DNA from: Clostridia bacterium
Lineage (GTDB): Bacteria; Bacillota; Clostridia; Oscillospirales; Acutalibacteraceae
DNA length: 54,971 bases
NCBI GenBank assembly: GCA_017554125.1
Contig: JAFZIW010000138.1
Span: 1-54,971 of the forward strand
Direction: 5' to 3'
Shown: piece by piece, positions 28,932 to 39,346 of the stretch
Position numbering within the stretch: the first letter of the stretch is position 1
Layout: every line of letters starts with the position of its first letter
The notes under the pieces: model-generated
Databases searched by the model: none
Told to the model about the DNA's origin: nothing
Seen by the model: only the letters and a program-made list of their open reading frames with translations
Made by a program: the position numbers and the translations under genes

Positions 28932-29270
28932 ATGAAACGAGAAGACAAATTAAAGCAGAATTGGGAGTTTCGCCGTCTTTATACGCGCGGCAAATGCGTC
29001 GCGTCTCCGGCGTTCGTCCTATATTTTGCAAAGGGTAAAAACGGCAGGGTACGCCTTGGCATTACGGCGGGCAAAAAAATCGGCTTCGCCGTAAAAAGGA
29101 ACCGCGCAAAACGCGTTATAACCGCGGCGTTTGATATGTGTTTACCCAAAATCAAAAAAGGATACGATTTCGTAATTGTGTCGAGGAACAGGATTTTGAG
29201 CCTTAAAAGTACCGAGGTTGCGAAGATGCTTTTCGCACTTTTATCAGACAGCGGGTTGACCGAATCATGA
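28932..29270 (+). CDS. rnpA: Ribonuclease P protein component
   Basis: 112 aa, basic, F..V...G......F.....K.......R.G..V.KK.G.AV.RNR.KR pattern, located after rpmH. Confidence 0.9.
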   Translation: MKREDKLKQNWEFRRLYTRGKCVASPAFVLYFAKGKNGRVRLGITAGKKIGFAVKRNRAKRVITAAFDMCLPKIKKGYDFVIVSRNRILSLKSTEVAKMLFALLSDSGLTES

Positions 29271-29506
29271 AAAATCCGATATCAGGTATTTTAACGGGAA
29301 TTATAAAGCTTTACCGAAAAGTCATATCTCCGCTGAAGCTTCCCTGTTGCCGGTTTACGCCTACCTGCTCGCAGTATGCGCTCGAAGCAATAAAGGTTCA
29401 CGGCGCTTTTAAGGGCAGCGCGCTCGCCGTTTGGCGAATATTGCGCTGTAATCCTTTCAGTAAAGGCGGATATGACCCCGTACCGGAAAAGAAACGCAAA
29501 AATTAA
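29267..29506 (+). CDS. yidD: Membrane protein insertion efficiency factor YidD
   Basis: YRKVISPL....[18 protein letters not shown]...[17 protein letters not shown]. Confidence 0.93.
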   Translation: MKNPISGILTGIIKLYRKVISPLKLPCCRFTPTCSQYALEAIKVHGAFKGSALAVWRILRCNPFSKGGYDPVPEKKRKN

Positions 29507-29585
29507 ACGGGCGTTTTTGCGCGCGGTCGTATCCGGATTTCAAGCGGAACTGTTCCGCAAATATATTTTATGGATGGTGTAGCGT

Positions 29586-30593
29586 TTGTTTGACATAATA
29601 AATAAGCCGCTTGGCTTTATAATGAAATTATTGGCGGAACTTTTCGGCGGTAATTTTGCCGCTTCGGTTTTCGTTTTCACACTTATCATAAACCTGATAA
29701 TGCTCCCGCTGAGCATTAAGAGTCAGAAGTCCTCGGTGTCGCAAATGCGAATCAAGCCGAAGCTTGACGAGCTTAAAAAGCGTTACGGTGACGACAGGCG
29801 TAAAATGGCGCAGGAACAGCAGAAGCTCTACCAGGAAGAGGGAGTTTCGATGTCCGGCGGATGTCTTCCCATGATAGTAAGAATGGTGCTCCTTTTCAGT
29901 ATTTACTATCTCATCCTTTCTCCGCTTACCTATATGGCGGGCGCGAAAAAAGACGATGTGAAGACGGTTACCACCGCTATAAACAGTTACGTTGAAAAAC
30001 ATGAAGACGCCAAGAGCGAACTTGCCAACTGGGATATAAAGAAAACCAGAAATCAGGAACTGTATCTTGTAGCCGTTATCAGAGACGACCCCGGCAAGCT
30101 GGAAAAGGTTATCGGTTCAAAACAGTATAGCGAAATCAAGGAACCGTACGAAAATATCGTTGAAAAATACGAAGAATCAAATATCAGCTTTAACCTTTTC
30201 GGTATTGATTTGATACAGACTCCGAAGTTCTCGGTTGATTTCTTCAGCGGCTGGCAGGCTATATGGCTTTTGCCGATATCCGCGTTTTTGGCTCAAATGC
30301 TCACAAGCATCGTTTCGATGCGTATAAACAAGCGCATAAATCCCGACGCTCCGACAATGGCGGGACTTATGCTCACCATGCCTATAATTTCGCTTATCAT
30401 CGGTTTCAGTTTCCCCGGCGGCGTGTGCTTCTATTGGATATGTTCATCGCTTATAGGCGGTGCGATACAATCGGGCGTTCAGTTGCTTTACGGCCCGCAT
30501 AAGCTTCTTGCGCGCGAACGCGTGAAAGAGCTTTCTAAAGTTTGCGATTTTGAAGCAGGCCAGCTTAAAAAACTTGAAACCGAAGAGGAATAA
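29586..30593 (+). CDS. yidC: Membrane insertase YidC/Oxa1 family
   Basis: LPL.IKSQKS...M..I.PK..E.KK+Y..D......E...LY.+.G.....GCLP...Q. The TTG start at 29586 is a guess, but the N-terminus matches clostridial YidC style. Confidence 0.85.
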   Translation: MFDIINKPLGFIMKLLAELFGGNFAASVFVFTLIINLIMLPLSIKSQKSSVSQMRIKPKLDELKKRYGDDRRKMAQEQQKLYQEEGVSMSGGCLPMIVRMVLLFSIYYLILSPLTYMAGAKKDDVKTVTTAINSYVEKHEDAKSELANWDIKKTRNQELYLVAVIRDDPGKLEKVIGSKQYSEIKEPYENIVEKYEESNISFNLFGIDLIQTPKFSVDFFSGWQAIWLLPISAFLAQMLTSIVSMRINKRINPDAPTMAGLMLTMPIISLIIGFSFPGGVCFYWICSSLIGGAIQSGVQLLYGPHKLLARERVKELSKVCDFEAGQLKKLETEEE

Positions 30594-30618
30594 TACAATT
30601 TTATAAGGAGGACTATTC

Positions 30619-31548
30619 TTGATTAAAGAAGCAGTGGGTACCGGCGGGACTTTGGACGAAGCCAAAGAAAATGCCTTAATTGCCTTGGGCGCGGCTCCCG
30701 AAGCCGATGTGCATTTTGAAACTCTCGAGTTACCCAAAAAGAAAGTGCTTGGAATGTTCGGCGGCGCGTTGGCAAAAGTGCGCGTATATACGGAAGTTCC
30801 GGACGAAGAAAAGAAAGCACAGCCGAAAACAGTTAAAACAAATCAGAAAAAGAAACCCGAAAAAAAGAAAACAGAAAAACAGTCAGTTGAAAACAAGCCC
30901 GCGAAATCCGATGTTTCGGAATACGGCGAAAGCGTCGATGAAAGCACTGTCGCACCGGATACAAGCGCCGGTAAGGCAATAAAGTATTTAAGAACTATCC
31001 TTTCAAATCTCGGATGCGAAAACGTTTCGATAAAGGTTGCCGAAAAAGAAGGCGGCGCGCTTATATCGCTTGAAGGCGACGGGCTCGGCGTGATTATCGG
31101 CAGAAGAGGCGAAACTCTCGAGGCGCTTCAGGTTCTCGTATCGCTGGCGGCAAACAACGGCGGCGGATATTACAGGGTAAGTCTTAATATAGGCGATTAC
31201 CGCGAAAAACGCGAACAGACGCTTACTTCTCTTGCCGGCCGCATAGCCAAGCAGGTGCAGTCAACCGGCAGAAACCGCGTTCTTGAGCCTATGAGCCCGT
31301 ATGAAAGAAGAATTATTCATACCGCGGTGCAGGAAATCAAAGGCGTTGAGTCGAATTCTATCGGCGAAGGCGAAAACCGCCGCGTCGTGATTCATCCCGA
31401 AGGCAAGCGTGTAGACGAGCGCAGCGGCAGAGGTCCGCGCTCAAGAGGCGGACGCGACCGCAGAACGTCAAATACCGTTTCAAGCGTTCCCACGCGCGAA
31501 CCTATGAAGGACAGCGACATTCCGCTGTACGGTAAAATCGGAAAATAA
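30619..31548 (+). CDS. jag: Jag/SpoIIIJ-associated RNA-binding protein (KH + R3H)
   Basis: Jag_N start, Lys/Glu-rich linker, KH (IIGRRGETLEALQ) and R3H (LEPMSPYERRIIHTAV). TTG start after AAGGAGG. Confidence 0.88.
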   Translation: MIKEAVGTGGTLDEAKENALIALGAAPEADVHFETLELPKKKVLGMFGGALAKVRVYTEVPDEEKKAQPKTVKTNQKKKPEKKKTEKQSVENKPAKSDVSEYGESVDESTVAPDTSAGKAIKYLRTILSNLGCENVSIKVAEKEGGALISLEGDGLGVIIGRRGETLEALQVLVSLAANNGGGYYRVSLNIGDYREKREQTLTSLAGRIAKQVQSTGRNRVLEPMSPYERRIIHTAVQEIKGVESNSIGEGENRRVVIHPEGKRVDERSGRGPRSRGGRDRRTSNTVSSVPTREPMKDSDIPLYGKIGK

Positions 31549-31553
31549 AATGT

Positions 31554-31581
31554 AAAAGTGCTTTCATGTGAAAGCACTTTT
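31554..31581 (+). terminator. Terminator hairpin after jag
   Basis: aaaagtgctttca / tgaaagcactttt perfect palindrome with T-run. Confidence 0.65.
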
Positions 31582-31610
31582 ATTATGAGTATCAAAAGCA
31601 TATAAGCGAA

Positions 31611-31652
31611 CAAAAAAATCCCCGAAGCCAAACGGCTTCGGGGAAATCTTTT
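31611..31652. terminator. Bidirectional terminator between jag (+) and rpsI (-)
   Basis: tccccgaagcc (31619-31629) / ggcttcgggga (31634-31644), flanked by A7 upstream and a T-rich tract downstream. Confidence 0.8.
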
Positions 31653-31669
31653 CGGTAGATGAAAGGTAA

Positions 31670-32068
31670 TCAGCGCTTGCTGAACTGCGGAGCGCGACGG
31701 GCACCTTTGAGACCGTATTTCTTTCTTTCCTTCATACGCGGATCGCGTGTGAGTAAACCGGCTTTTTTGAGCGCCGGACGGAAAGATTCATCGGCCTGCA
31801 GGAGAGCGCGGGCAATACCGTGGCGGATAGCGCCCGCCTGACCGGTAACGCCGCCGCCTGCAACGCGGCAAACGATATCAAACTTATCGTTTGTTTCGGT
31901 AACGGTAAGCGGCTGACGAACGATGAGTTTAAGAGTTTCAAGGCCGAAATAATCGTCCATATCTCTCTCGTTTATCGTAACCTTGCCTTTACCCTTGTAA
32001 ACGCGGACGCGGGCGACAGAACTTTTTCTTCTGCCTGTACCGTAGAAATAAGGTTTTCCTTCAAACAT
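31670..32068 (-). CDS. rpsI: 30S ribosomal protein S9
   Basis: [14 protein letters not shown].....G.I.IN......Y...[16 protein letters not shown]...[22 protein letters not shown]. Confidence 0.96.
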   Translation of the reverse strand: MFEGKPYFYGTGRRKSSVARVRVYKGKGKVTINERDMDDYFGLETLKLIVRQPLTVTETNDKFDIVCRVAGGGVTGQAGAIRHGIARALLQADESFRPALKKAGLLTRDPRMKERKKYGLKGARRAPQFSKR

Positions 32069-32085
32069 AACTTCTGTCTCCCTTC

Positions 32086-32514
32086 TTAAAATTCAAGTTT
32101 CTCGGGCTTCTGTGCCTTCTGGGCATAATCTTCACCCTTGTAAACGTGAAGGCGGGTAAGCGCCTTTCTGCCGATGGTAGTATCGGGAACCATACCCTTG
32201 ACCGCGAGCGTAAACGCAAGCTCGGGGCGGGTGGCCATAAGGGTTGAATATTTTACTTCCTTAAGACCGCCGATATAGCCGGTATGGCGGCGATAATACT
32301 TTTTATCGAGCTTCTTGCCTGTAAGCACTGCCTTTTCAGCGTTTATTACCACAACGTGGTCGCCGCAGTCAACGTGAGGCGTAAACTCCGGCTTGCCTTT
32401 GCCGCGAAGTAAATCGGCAACCTTGACAGCGGTTCTGCCCATCGGTTTGCCGGCGGCGTCAACAATATACCATTTGCGCTGAACATCGGCAGGTTTTGCC
32501 ATAAATGTAGACAT
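32086..32514 (-). CDS. rplM: 50S ribosomal protein L13
   Basis: [25 protein letters not shown]...A..LRGK.KP.FTPH.D.GD.V. The ATG at 32514 follows GGAGGT; the track start 32571 is rejected because the promoter lies inside that extension. Confidence 0.94.
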   Translation of the reverse strand: MSTFMAKPADVQRKWYIVDAAGKPMGRTAVKVADLLRGKGKPEFTPHVDCGDHVVVINAEKAVLTGKKLDKKYYRRHTGYIGGLKEVKYSTLMATRPELAFTLAVKGMVPDTTIGRKALTRLHVYKGEDYAQKAQKPEKLEF

Positions 32515-32547
32515 AATCAAAACCTCCAAAATTTCTTGTGCCCGAAT

Positions 32548-32576
32548 ATAATAACACAGCTTTTGCACCATGTCAA
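32548..32576 (-). promoter_or_regulatory. rplM-rpsI promoter
   Basis: On the minus strand: TTGACA (32576-32571), 17 nt, TATTAT (32553-32548). Confidence 0.6.
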
Positions 32577-32740
32577 CAATATTTTTTCAAAATTTCAACT
32601 TATCAAACCAAATCTCGTTTTTTCTCCTGTTTTCTTCCGTTTGCTCGTTTTTGCTCACTTTTGATTTTACAAAAATAACATTGAAAATAAGCAGCGTTTG
32701 TGTTATTCTTATAATATATGCAAAAGGGAGTTGAACTATA

Positions 32741-33520
32741 TTGCGTGTTTTATGCGTGGGGGATGTGTGCGCCCACGTCGGATGTGAAGCGGCGCTTCGC
32801 ATAATACCGGCGCTTAAAAGTGAATACGGTATTGATTTTACGGTGGTGAATGGTGAAAACTCCGCCTACGGCAACGGCATTACGCCCGAGAGCGCCGATA
32901 TGCTTTTTGCGGCGGGCGCGGATGTGATAACCGGCGGTAATCATTCTTTTCGCAGAAAAGAGATTTACGAAACGCTTGATTCAAATCCCTGCCTCTTGCG
33001 TCCGGATAATATAAAATCGGAGTACGGCGGCGGCTACGCGCTTTGCGATATCGGTAAATACAGCGTTGCAGTCATAAATCTTTCCGGTCAGGTATACCTT
33101 GAGAAGTCGGGAGCGAGTAACGCTTTTAGCGCGGCGGAAAACCTGGTCGCGCGGGCAAAGAGTGACGGCGCGCGGTTTATACTTATTGATTTTCACGCGG
33201 AGGCGACGAGCGAAAAGCGCGCCATGGGCTTCTTTCTTGACGGAAAGGTCAGTGCGGTTTTCGGAACGCATACCCACGTGCAAACGGCGGATGAGCAGAT
33301 ACTCCCGCTTGGCACCGGCTATATTACCGACCTCGGTATGACCGGCGTTATCGATTCGGTGCTCGGCGTGAAAAAAGAGATTATAGTAAACCGTATGAAA
33401 TCGGGCGGCAGTGAAAAGTTTTTACAGGCGGACGGCAAATGTATGCTTTGCGGCTGTATCTTTGAGCTTGACGACACGACCGGTCTTGCAAAATCGGTCA
33501 AAAGAATATACAGAGAATAG
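32741..33520 (+). CDS. ymdB: YmdB-like metallophosphoesterase (TIGR00282 family, 2',3'-cyclic-nucleotide phosphodiesterase)
   Basis: MRVLCVGDV....G.......P.LK.EY..DF.VVNGEN.A.G.GIT...GGNH...; TTG start; stop is TAG. Confidence 0.85.
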   Translation: MRVLCVGDVCAHVGCEAALRIIPALKSEYGIDFTVVNGENSAYGNGITPESADMLFAAGADVITGGNHSFRRKEIYETLDSNPCLLRPDNIKSEYGGGYALCDIGKYSVAVINLSGQVYLEKSGASNAFSAAENLVARAKSDGARFILIDFHAEATSEKRAMGFFLDGKVSAVFGTHTHVQTADEQILPLGTGYITDLGMTGVIDSVLGVKKEIIVNRMKSGGSEKFLQADGKCMLCGCIFELDDTTGLAKSVKRIYRE

Positions 33521-33536
33521 TTTGGGGGGCGATATT

Positions 33537-35093
33537 ATGAAAAAGACGGTGTGCGCGTTGCTTTGCGCGATACTGTGTTTTTCGTTTGCCTCCTGTAAAA
33601 AGAATCCCGGCGGCAGCTCGTCGGATATCGCGCCCGAGGCGTCAGAGAAGATAAAATACGAGGAAATAAACCTGCTTTACTATTCGGGTGACAGTTTTAA
33701 TCCCTACACCGCCAAAACAAAACATAACCGGCAACTCGCCCGCCTTTTATACGACTCGCTTTTGAAGTACGATAACAACTATAACCCGGTCTACTGCCTG
33801 GCGCAAAGCGCCTCTATAAGCGGCAAGACCTGCAGAGTCACCCTTAAAAGCGCCAATTTTACCGACGGCTCGGCGGTCACGCCCGACGACGTGGTTTATT
33901 CTTACAACCTTGCCAAAAACAGCAATACGATATATGCGGCGGAGCTTTACGAGGTGGCGTCGGTATCGGTCGAGGGCAATGCCGTTATATTTAATCTTTC
34001 AAACGTTGATTTGAGCTTCCTTAATTTGCTCGATTTCCCGATAATAAAGGCGGGAACCGACGGAAAAAAGAATTCCGACGGCGTTGAAATCGCCCCTGTC
34101 GGCTGCGGCAGGTATTATGTTTCCGAAAACCCGAATATACTTTTAAGAAATGAAAACTATTTCGGCAAAAAGGGCGAAATATCCAAAATCACCCTTATCA
34201 ACGCGCCGGATGATATTTCCGCCTCGCATTACGTAGAGGTGGGCAACACCGATATTTATTACGCCGACGAATCGGTCGCCAATATAGCCAGGATGAGCGG
34301 TAAACGCGCCGACGTAAATCTTAACAATTTCGTTTATATCGGCGTAAACGGCGCCGACGCGGTGCTTTCAAACAGCAATATGCGCTACGCCATCTCTTCC
34401 GCCATTGACAGGACTGAGATATGCCACAGCGCCTATTTTGATAACGCCGTCCCCGCGACAGGATATTACAACCCGAAATTCAACGTAACAAATGCGGTGC
34501 AATCATTAAAAACCGTCGCCGATTTGCAAATAACTGTTGAGAATCTCAGCAAAATAGGTTATAATAATTTAGATAAGGGCTATTACTGTGATTCAAACGG
34601 TAAGCATCCTACGTTCAGTCTGCTTGTCAATTCGGATAATACGTCAAGGGTTGCGGCGGCAAATCTCATAGCAAACGGGTGCCGCGCCGCGGGGATAGAA
34701 ATAAACGTTGTTTCAAAGCCCTATGAACAGTATAAGAAGGCGCTTGAAGCGGGCGCTTTTCAGCTCTATCTCGGCGAGATTCGCGTACTGCCGAATATGG
34801 ACCTGTCAAGCCTTGTTATACCGGGCGGCAGCGCGGCGTACGGCGTAGTTGCGCCGGTGTCTGACGATGAGGCGAAAACGCCGCTTAAAACCGTTTGCGG
34901 CGAGATGATAGAAAGCTATCGCGAGGGCAAAGTAAAGCATTCCGACCTTGCGGGAACCTTCCTTACCGAAATGCCGCAGATACCGGTGTGTTACAGGCAG
35001 GGAATTCTGTTTTATACTTCCGCCATTGAAAGCGGCGTCGCGCCTTCCGCGTCGGACGTTTTCCTTAACCTTGAAAATTACAAAATAAAATAA
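33537..35093 (+). CDS. Lipoprotein, ABC-transporter family-5 (peptide/nickel) solute-binding protein; no cognate permease genes adjacent
   Basis: Signal peptide with lipobox (LCFSFASC). SBP_bac_5-like body (NPYTAKTKHNRQLARLLYDSLL). The ATG at 33537 follows GGGGGG; the track start 33411 overlaps ymdB. Confidence 0.75.
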   Translation: MKKTVCALLCAILCFSFASCKKNPGGSSSDIAPEASEKIKYEEINLLYYSGDSFNPYTAKTKHNRQLARLLYDSLLKYDNNYNPVYCLAQSASISGKTCRVTLKSANFTDGSAVTPDDVVYSYNLAKNSNTIYAAELYEVASVSVEGNAVIFNLSNVDLSFLNLLDFPIIKAGTDGKKNSDGVEIAPVGCGRYYVSENPNILLRNENYFGKKGEISKITLINAPDDISASHYVEVGNTDIYYADESVANIARMSGKRADVNLNNFVYIGVNGADAVLSNSNMRYAISSAIDRTEICHSAYFDNAVPATGYYNPKFNVTNAVQSLKTVADLQITVENLSKIGYNNLDKGYYCDSNGKHPTFSLLVNSDNTSRVAAANLIANGCRAAGIEINVVSKPYEQYKKALEAGAFQLYLGEIRVLPNMDLSSLVIPGGSAAYGVVAPVSDDEAKTPLKTVCGEMIESYREGKVKHSDLAGTFLTEMPQIPVCYRQGILFYTSAIESGVAPSASDVFLNLENYKIK

Positions 35094-35107
35094 ACGGAGG
35101 GTTTATT

Positions 35108-35458
35108 ATGATTTCTTATGAAACGAGAACCGGTACGATTACCATTACCGAAGAGTTTTTGTCAAAACTCATCGGTTCGGAAGTTGTTTCGTGCTTTGGC
35201 GTTGTCGGTATGATTCCGAACGGCTCGAAGCAGAAGATACTCGGCGTTTTCAAGAAAGAGCCGGCGCTGAATACCGGAATAAGGGTTACCGGCGACGCTG
35301 ACGCTATCGACGTTGAATTGCATATAATGGTAACTTACGGTATGAATATAAACGCTATGGCGGCAAGCATTACCGAAAAGGTGAAGTATGCCGTTGAAGA
35401 TATAACGGGAATACCTGTAAACAAGGTCGCCGTTATGGTTGACGGTATAAAAGAATAA
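35108..35458 (+). CDS. Asp23/Gls24 family envelope stress protein
   Basis: 116 aa, G.I.I.EE.L.K.I......C.GVVGM, in the conserved asp23-yloV-recG order. Confidence 0.85.
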   Translation: MISYETRTGTITITEEFLSKLIGSEVVSCFGVVGMIPNGSKQKILGVFKKEPALNTGIRVTGDADAIDVELHIMVTYGMNINAMAASITEKVKYAVEDITGIPVNKVAVMVDGIKE

Positions 35459-35483
35459 TACTTTTGTCTTTTTGAAAGGGTGT

Positions 35484-37166
35484 ATGTATTTGTTTGACGG
35501 TAATACTCTGCGTGATGCCATACTGTCCGCGGCGAACAATATTTCAAATAACAGAAAAGCGGTAGACGACCTGAACGTATTTCCCGTACCTGACGGCGAT
35601 ACCGGAACCAATATGTCGATGACTCTTGCGAATTCCGTAAGGGAACTTGAAAAAATCGAGGGCGCGACCGCCGGCAAAATCGCCGCGGTAAACGCCGCCG
35701 CTCTGCTTCGCGGCGCGAGGGGCAATTCCGGCGTTATCACCTCGCTTTTATTCCGCGGTTTTGCAAAGGGAATAGGCGATGAGGAATATCTCACCGCTTC
35801 AAATCTTGTCTCGGCGCTCAAATTAGGTGTTGAGGGCGCTTATAAAGCGGTAATGAAACCCACCGAGGGAACTATACTGACGGTCGCCCGCGTAGCGAGT
35901 GAAAGAGCGGAATCCGCGTTTATGGCGGGCAAAGATACGCTCGGCGTCTTTGACGCGGCGATAGAGGGCGCGCGCGAGGCGCTCGAAAGTACGCCCGAAC
36001 TTTTACCCACCCTTAAAAAAGCCGGCGTTGTTGACGCGGGCGGCAAGGGTTTTGTACTTATCCTTGAAGGTATGCGCGAGGTTTTAGGCGGCGGCGCCGT
36101 AATAAAGAGCGAGGCGAAGGATGCCGCTCCCGCCGAAGAGGAGCAGGAAAACCGTAACGCCGCCGGCGAGTTTGACGGTGAGATCACCTTTACATACTGC
36201 ACCGAGTTTATCGTAAACCGCGATCCGCAGTGTGAAAAAGCGCCGGGCGAGCTGCGAGCCTATCTCGAATCTATCGGCGACTGTGTCGTTGTTGTCGACG
36301 ATGAGGAAATCATAAAGGTTCACGTTCATACCGACCATCCCGGCAACGCGATAGAAAACGGTCTTACCTTCGGCGGACTTGTTCACCTTAAAATAGAAAA
36401 TATGCGCGATCAGCACGAGCGCGCGAAGCATGACGCGAAAGAGGCGGCTAAAAAGCCGACCAAAAGCGCCGACCTTACCGAAACCATAAAGCCGGTCGAG
36501 ATAACCAAGCCGGTCGGCTTCGTGTCGGTTTGCGCCGGCGACGGTCTTACGGAGCTTTTCCACGACCTCGGCGTGGATAACGTTGTATCGGGCGGTCAGA
36601 CCATGAATCCGAGTACCGACGATATACTGAAAGCTATTGAGAATTGTCCGGCAAGTACGGTTTTCGTTCTGCCGAACAATAAGAATATAATTATGGCGGC
36701 GGAACAGACCGTCCCGATAAGCACAAGAAAGGTTATCGTGCTTCATACCCGTACTGTGCCGCAGGGCATAACCGCCATGCTTAACTTTAACGACGACGCC
36801 GATGATGAGACCAACGCTATCGAAATGCAGAAGGCGGCGGAAAAAATCGCCACCGGTCAGGTGACCTTCGCCGCGCGCGATTCTGATTTTGACGGGCATA
36901 AGATAAAAGAGGGCGAAATAATGGCGCTTACCGGCGGCAAAATAGCCTTCGTCGATACCGACGTTGAGCGCGCGACGCTTAAACTTGCGGGTAAAATGAT
37001 AAAGCGCAACAGCGAGTTTGTAACCGTGATTTACGGTAAGGATATTACCGACGTTGCGGCGGAGGATATCGAGAGACAGCTTAACGAAAAATACGGCGAC
37101 AGGCTCGAAATAACCCTTGTAAACGGCGGTCAGCCGGTGTATTACTATATCATTTCAGTAGAGTGA
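35484..37166 (+). CDS. yloV: DAK2 domain fusion protein YloV
   Basis: LNVFPVPDGDTGTNM Dak2 motif and a DegV-like C-terminal half. Start ambiguous between 35472 and 35490. Confidence 0.85.
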   Translation: MYLFDGNTLRDAILSAANNISNNRKAVDDLNVFPVPDGDTGTNMSMTLANSVRELEKIEGATAGKIAAVNAAALLRGARGNSGVITSLLFRGFAKGIGDEEYLTASNLVSALKLGVEGAYKAVMKPTEGTILTVARVASERAESAFMAGKDTLGVFDAAIEGAREALESTPELLPTLKKAGVVDAGGKGFVLILEGMREVLGGGAVIKSEAKDAAPAEEEQENRNAAGEFDGEITFTYCTEFIVNRDPQCEKAPGELRAYLESIGDCVVVVDDEEIIKVHVHTDHPGNAIENGLTFGGLVHLKIENMRDQHERAKHDAKEAAKKPTKSADLTETIKPVEITKPVGFVSVCAGDGLTELFHDLGVDNVVSGGQTMNPSTDDILKAIENCPASTVFVLPNNKNIIMAAEQTVPISTRKVIVLHTRTVPQGITAMLNFNDDADDETNAIEMQKAAEKIATGQVTFAARDSDFDGHKIKEGEIMALTGGKIAFVDTDVERATLKLAGKMIKRNSEFVTVIYGKDITDVAAEDIERQLNEKYGDRLEITLVNGGQPVYYYIISVE

Positions 37167-37174
37167 GAAATACT

Positions 37175-39202
37175 ATGCCGAAGCTTAATACTGATATAAG
37201 ATACTTAAAAGGCGTTGGCGCCCGCCGCGCCGAATACCTTAATGCTATGGGCATCGATACTGTCGGTGCCCTTTTGCGTTTTTTCCCGAGAGGGTATGAG
37301 GATTTCGGCAATATAAAGAGCATTTTTAACTGTGTTTCGGGCGAGTCGGTCTGTATAAAAGGTAAGATAACAAGCGATATAAGCGAGCATTTCATACGCA
37401 AGAATATGACGCTTTTCAAGTTCTCGGTTTATGACGGCACCGGCTTTATGCAGGTAACGATTTTCAATAATAAATACCTTACCGCGAGGCTCCACCGAGA
37501 CAGCGAGTATCTTTTCCTCGGCAAAATCGAACTCGACCGTTTCGGGTTCAATATGTCGTCGCCCGAAATCAGAGAAACAAGCTTCGAGGGGATAATACCC
37601 GTTTACCGCGCCAGCGCGAAAATGTCTTCCGCGGCGATAGAAAAGCTTGTGCGCGAAGCGATGAAGGATGCCGAAATAGAAGAAATAATGCCAGAGAGCG
37701 TGAGGAAGAGCAACCGCCTTACCACCGCCGCCGACGCGATAAGTAACATTCATTTCCCGAAAAGCCGCGAGGCGCTCGAAAGGGCGAAAAGATATCTCGT
37801 TTTTGAGGAACTTTTCGTACTTTCCACCTCGCTGATGCTGCTTAAAGGCAAAAGAAAAGCGGCGGCAAACGCCGTTATAAACGCCGATTATACCGGGCGC
37901 TTTTATTCTTCGCTTAAATTCGAGCCGACCGCCGCGCAAAAAAGAGCGGTAAAAGAGTGCCTTGCCGATATGGCGTCGGGAAGGGTGATGAACCGGCTTA
38001 TCGAAGGCGACGTCGGAAGCGGTAAAACGCTGGTCGCGGCGGCGCTTATGTATAATACGGCGAAAGCGGGATATCAGTCGGTGCTTATGGCGCCTACCGA
38101 GATTCTCGCGGAACAGCACTACAAAACCCTTTCAGAGTTTTTCGCCGATAGCGATATCGAGTGCGTTCTGCTTACCGGCTCTATGAAAAAGAGCGAAAAA
38201 ACGGCGGCAAAACAGAAACTGTTATCGGGTGAGGCGCTGCTTGCCGTCGGCACTCACGCGCTTTTGTCCGATGACGTGGAGTTTAACAGCGTCGCCCTTG
38301 TCATTACCGACGAACAGCACCGCTTTGGCGTAAATCAACGCGCCGCGCTCGCGCTGAAAGGCAAAAACGCGCATACGCTCGTTATGTCCGCGACCCCGAT
38401 ACCGCGAACGCTCGGGCTTATTATCTACGGCGACCTTGATATAAGCATACTCGATGAGTATCCGCGAGGCAGGGCAAAGACCGACAGTTACGTTATAACC
38501 GGCGAGCTTCGGGAGCGCGCGTATAATTACATAAAAAAACACCTTGATGAGGGAAGACAGGGGTATATCGTCTGCCCGATGGTTGAGGAGAGCGAGCAGG
38601 TATCCGGCGTCAAAAGCGCCGAACAGTATTATGCGGACGCCGTAAACGGCGCATTCAAGGATTACCGCGTAGGTCTATTGCACGGCAAGATGAAAGGCGC
38701 CGAAAAGGATGAAATCATGCGCCGCTTCGCCTCGGGTGAGATACAACTGCTTGTTTGTACAACGGTTATCGAGGTAGGTATTGACGTTCCGAACGCCGCG
38801 ATTATGCTGATAGAAAACGCGGAGCGTTTCGGGCTTTCCGCTCTTCATCAGCTCCGCGGCAGAATAGGCAGAGGCAAGTACGCTTCGACCTGTATTTTTA
38901 TAACCGACCTTAAAGGCGAAAATATCAACCGCCGTATGCAGGTTATGAAAAGCACATCGGACGGCTTCAAAATAGCCGAGGAGGACTTGCGTCTGCGCGG
39001 ACCGGGCGATTTTCTGGGCGAGCGTCAACACGGTCTTCCGGACCTTAAAATCGCCGACCTTTACGCCGATAACGACGTATTAAAACTCGCTTCCATGGCG
39101 GCGGCAAACCTGCTTGAACACGACCCGCGCCTGAAATCCGATGAAAACGCGTCCCTGCGCGCCGCGGTGATCGATTTGTATAAACGGCTTAATGAAAACT
39201 AA
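37175..39202 (+). CDS. recG: ATP-dependent DNA helicase RecG
   Basis: Wedge/OB N-terminus, motif I GDVGSGKT, DEQH box and QLRGRIGRG. ATG 37175 (MPKLNTDIRYLKGVG) is preferred. Confidence 0.93.
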   Translation: MPKLNTDIRYLKGVGARRAEYLNAMGIDTVGALLRFFPRGYEDFGNIKSIFNCVSGESVCIKGKITSDISEHFIRKNMTLFKFSVYDGTGFMQVTIFNNKYLTARLHRDSEYLFLGKIELDRFGFNMSSPEIRETSFEGIIPVYRASAKMSSAAIEKLVREAMKDAEIEEIMPESVRKSNRLTTAADAISNIHFPKSREALERAKRYLVFEELFVLSTSLMLLKGKRKAAANAVINADYTGRFYSSLKFEPTAAQKRAVKECLADMASGRVMNRLIEGDVGSGKTLVAAALMYNTAKAGYQSVLMAPTEILAEQHYKTLSEFFADSDIECVLLTGSMKKSEKTAAKQKLLSGEALLAVGTHALLSDDVEFNSVALVITDEQHRFGVNQRAALALKGKNAHTLVMSATPIPRTLGLIIYGDLDISILDEYPRGRAKTDSYVITGELRERAYNYIKKHLDEGRQGYIVCPMVEESEQVSGVKSAEQYYADAVNGAFKDYRVGLLHGKMKGAEKDEIMRRFASGEIQLLVCTTVIEVGIDVPNAAIMLIENAERFGLSALHQLRGRIGRGKYASTCIFITDLKGENINRRMQVMKSTSDGFKIAEEDLRLRGPGDFLGERQHGLPDLKIADLYADNDVLKLASMAAANLLEHDPRLKSDENASLRAAVIDLYKRLNEN

Positions 39203-39346
39203 TAAACATTATCATAACACACCTCACTGTCCTGCTCTTTGGACACTTGTATTCCTAAACTAATCTTATAGCCAGTTAACGTGGCTTATACTGAATGAGT
39301 AGCCATATATAACAGTACACGAATAATAAAAACGGAGGTGTTTTTA

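Noticed and set aside
33537-35093. The orphan family-5 solute-binding lipoprotein as part of a novel transport system
   Set aside because: The flanking genes (ymdB, asp23, yloV) are unrelated conserved housekeeping genes. Orphan SBPs that pair with permeases encoded elsewhere are common, and nothing unusual is visible in the sequence.
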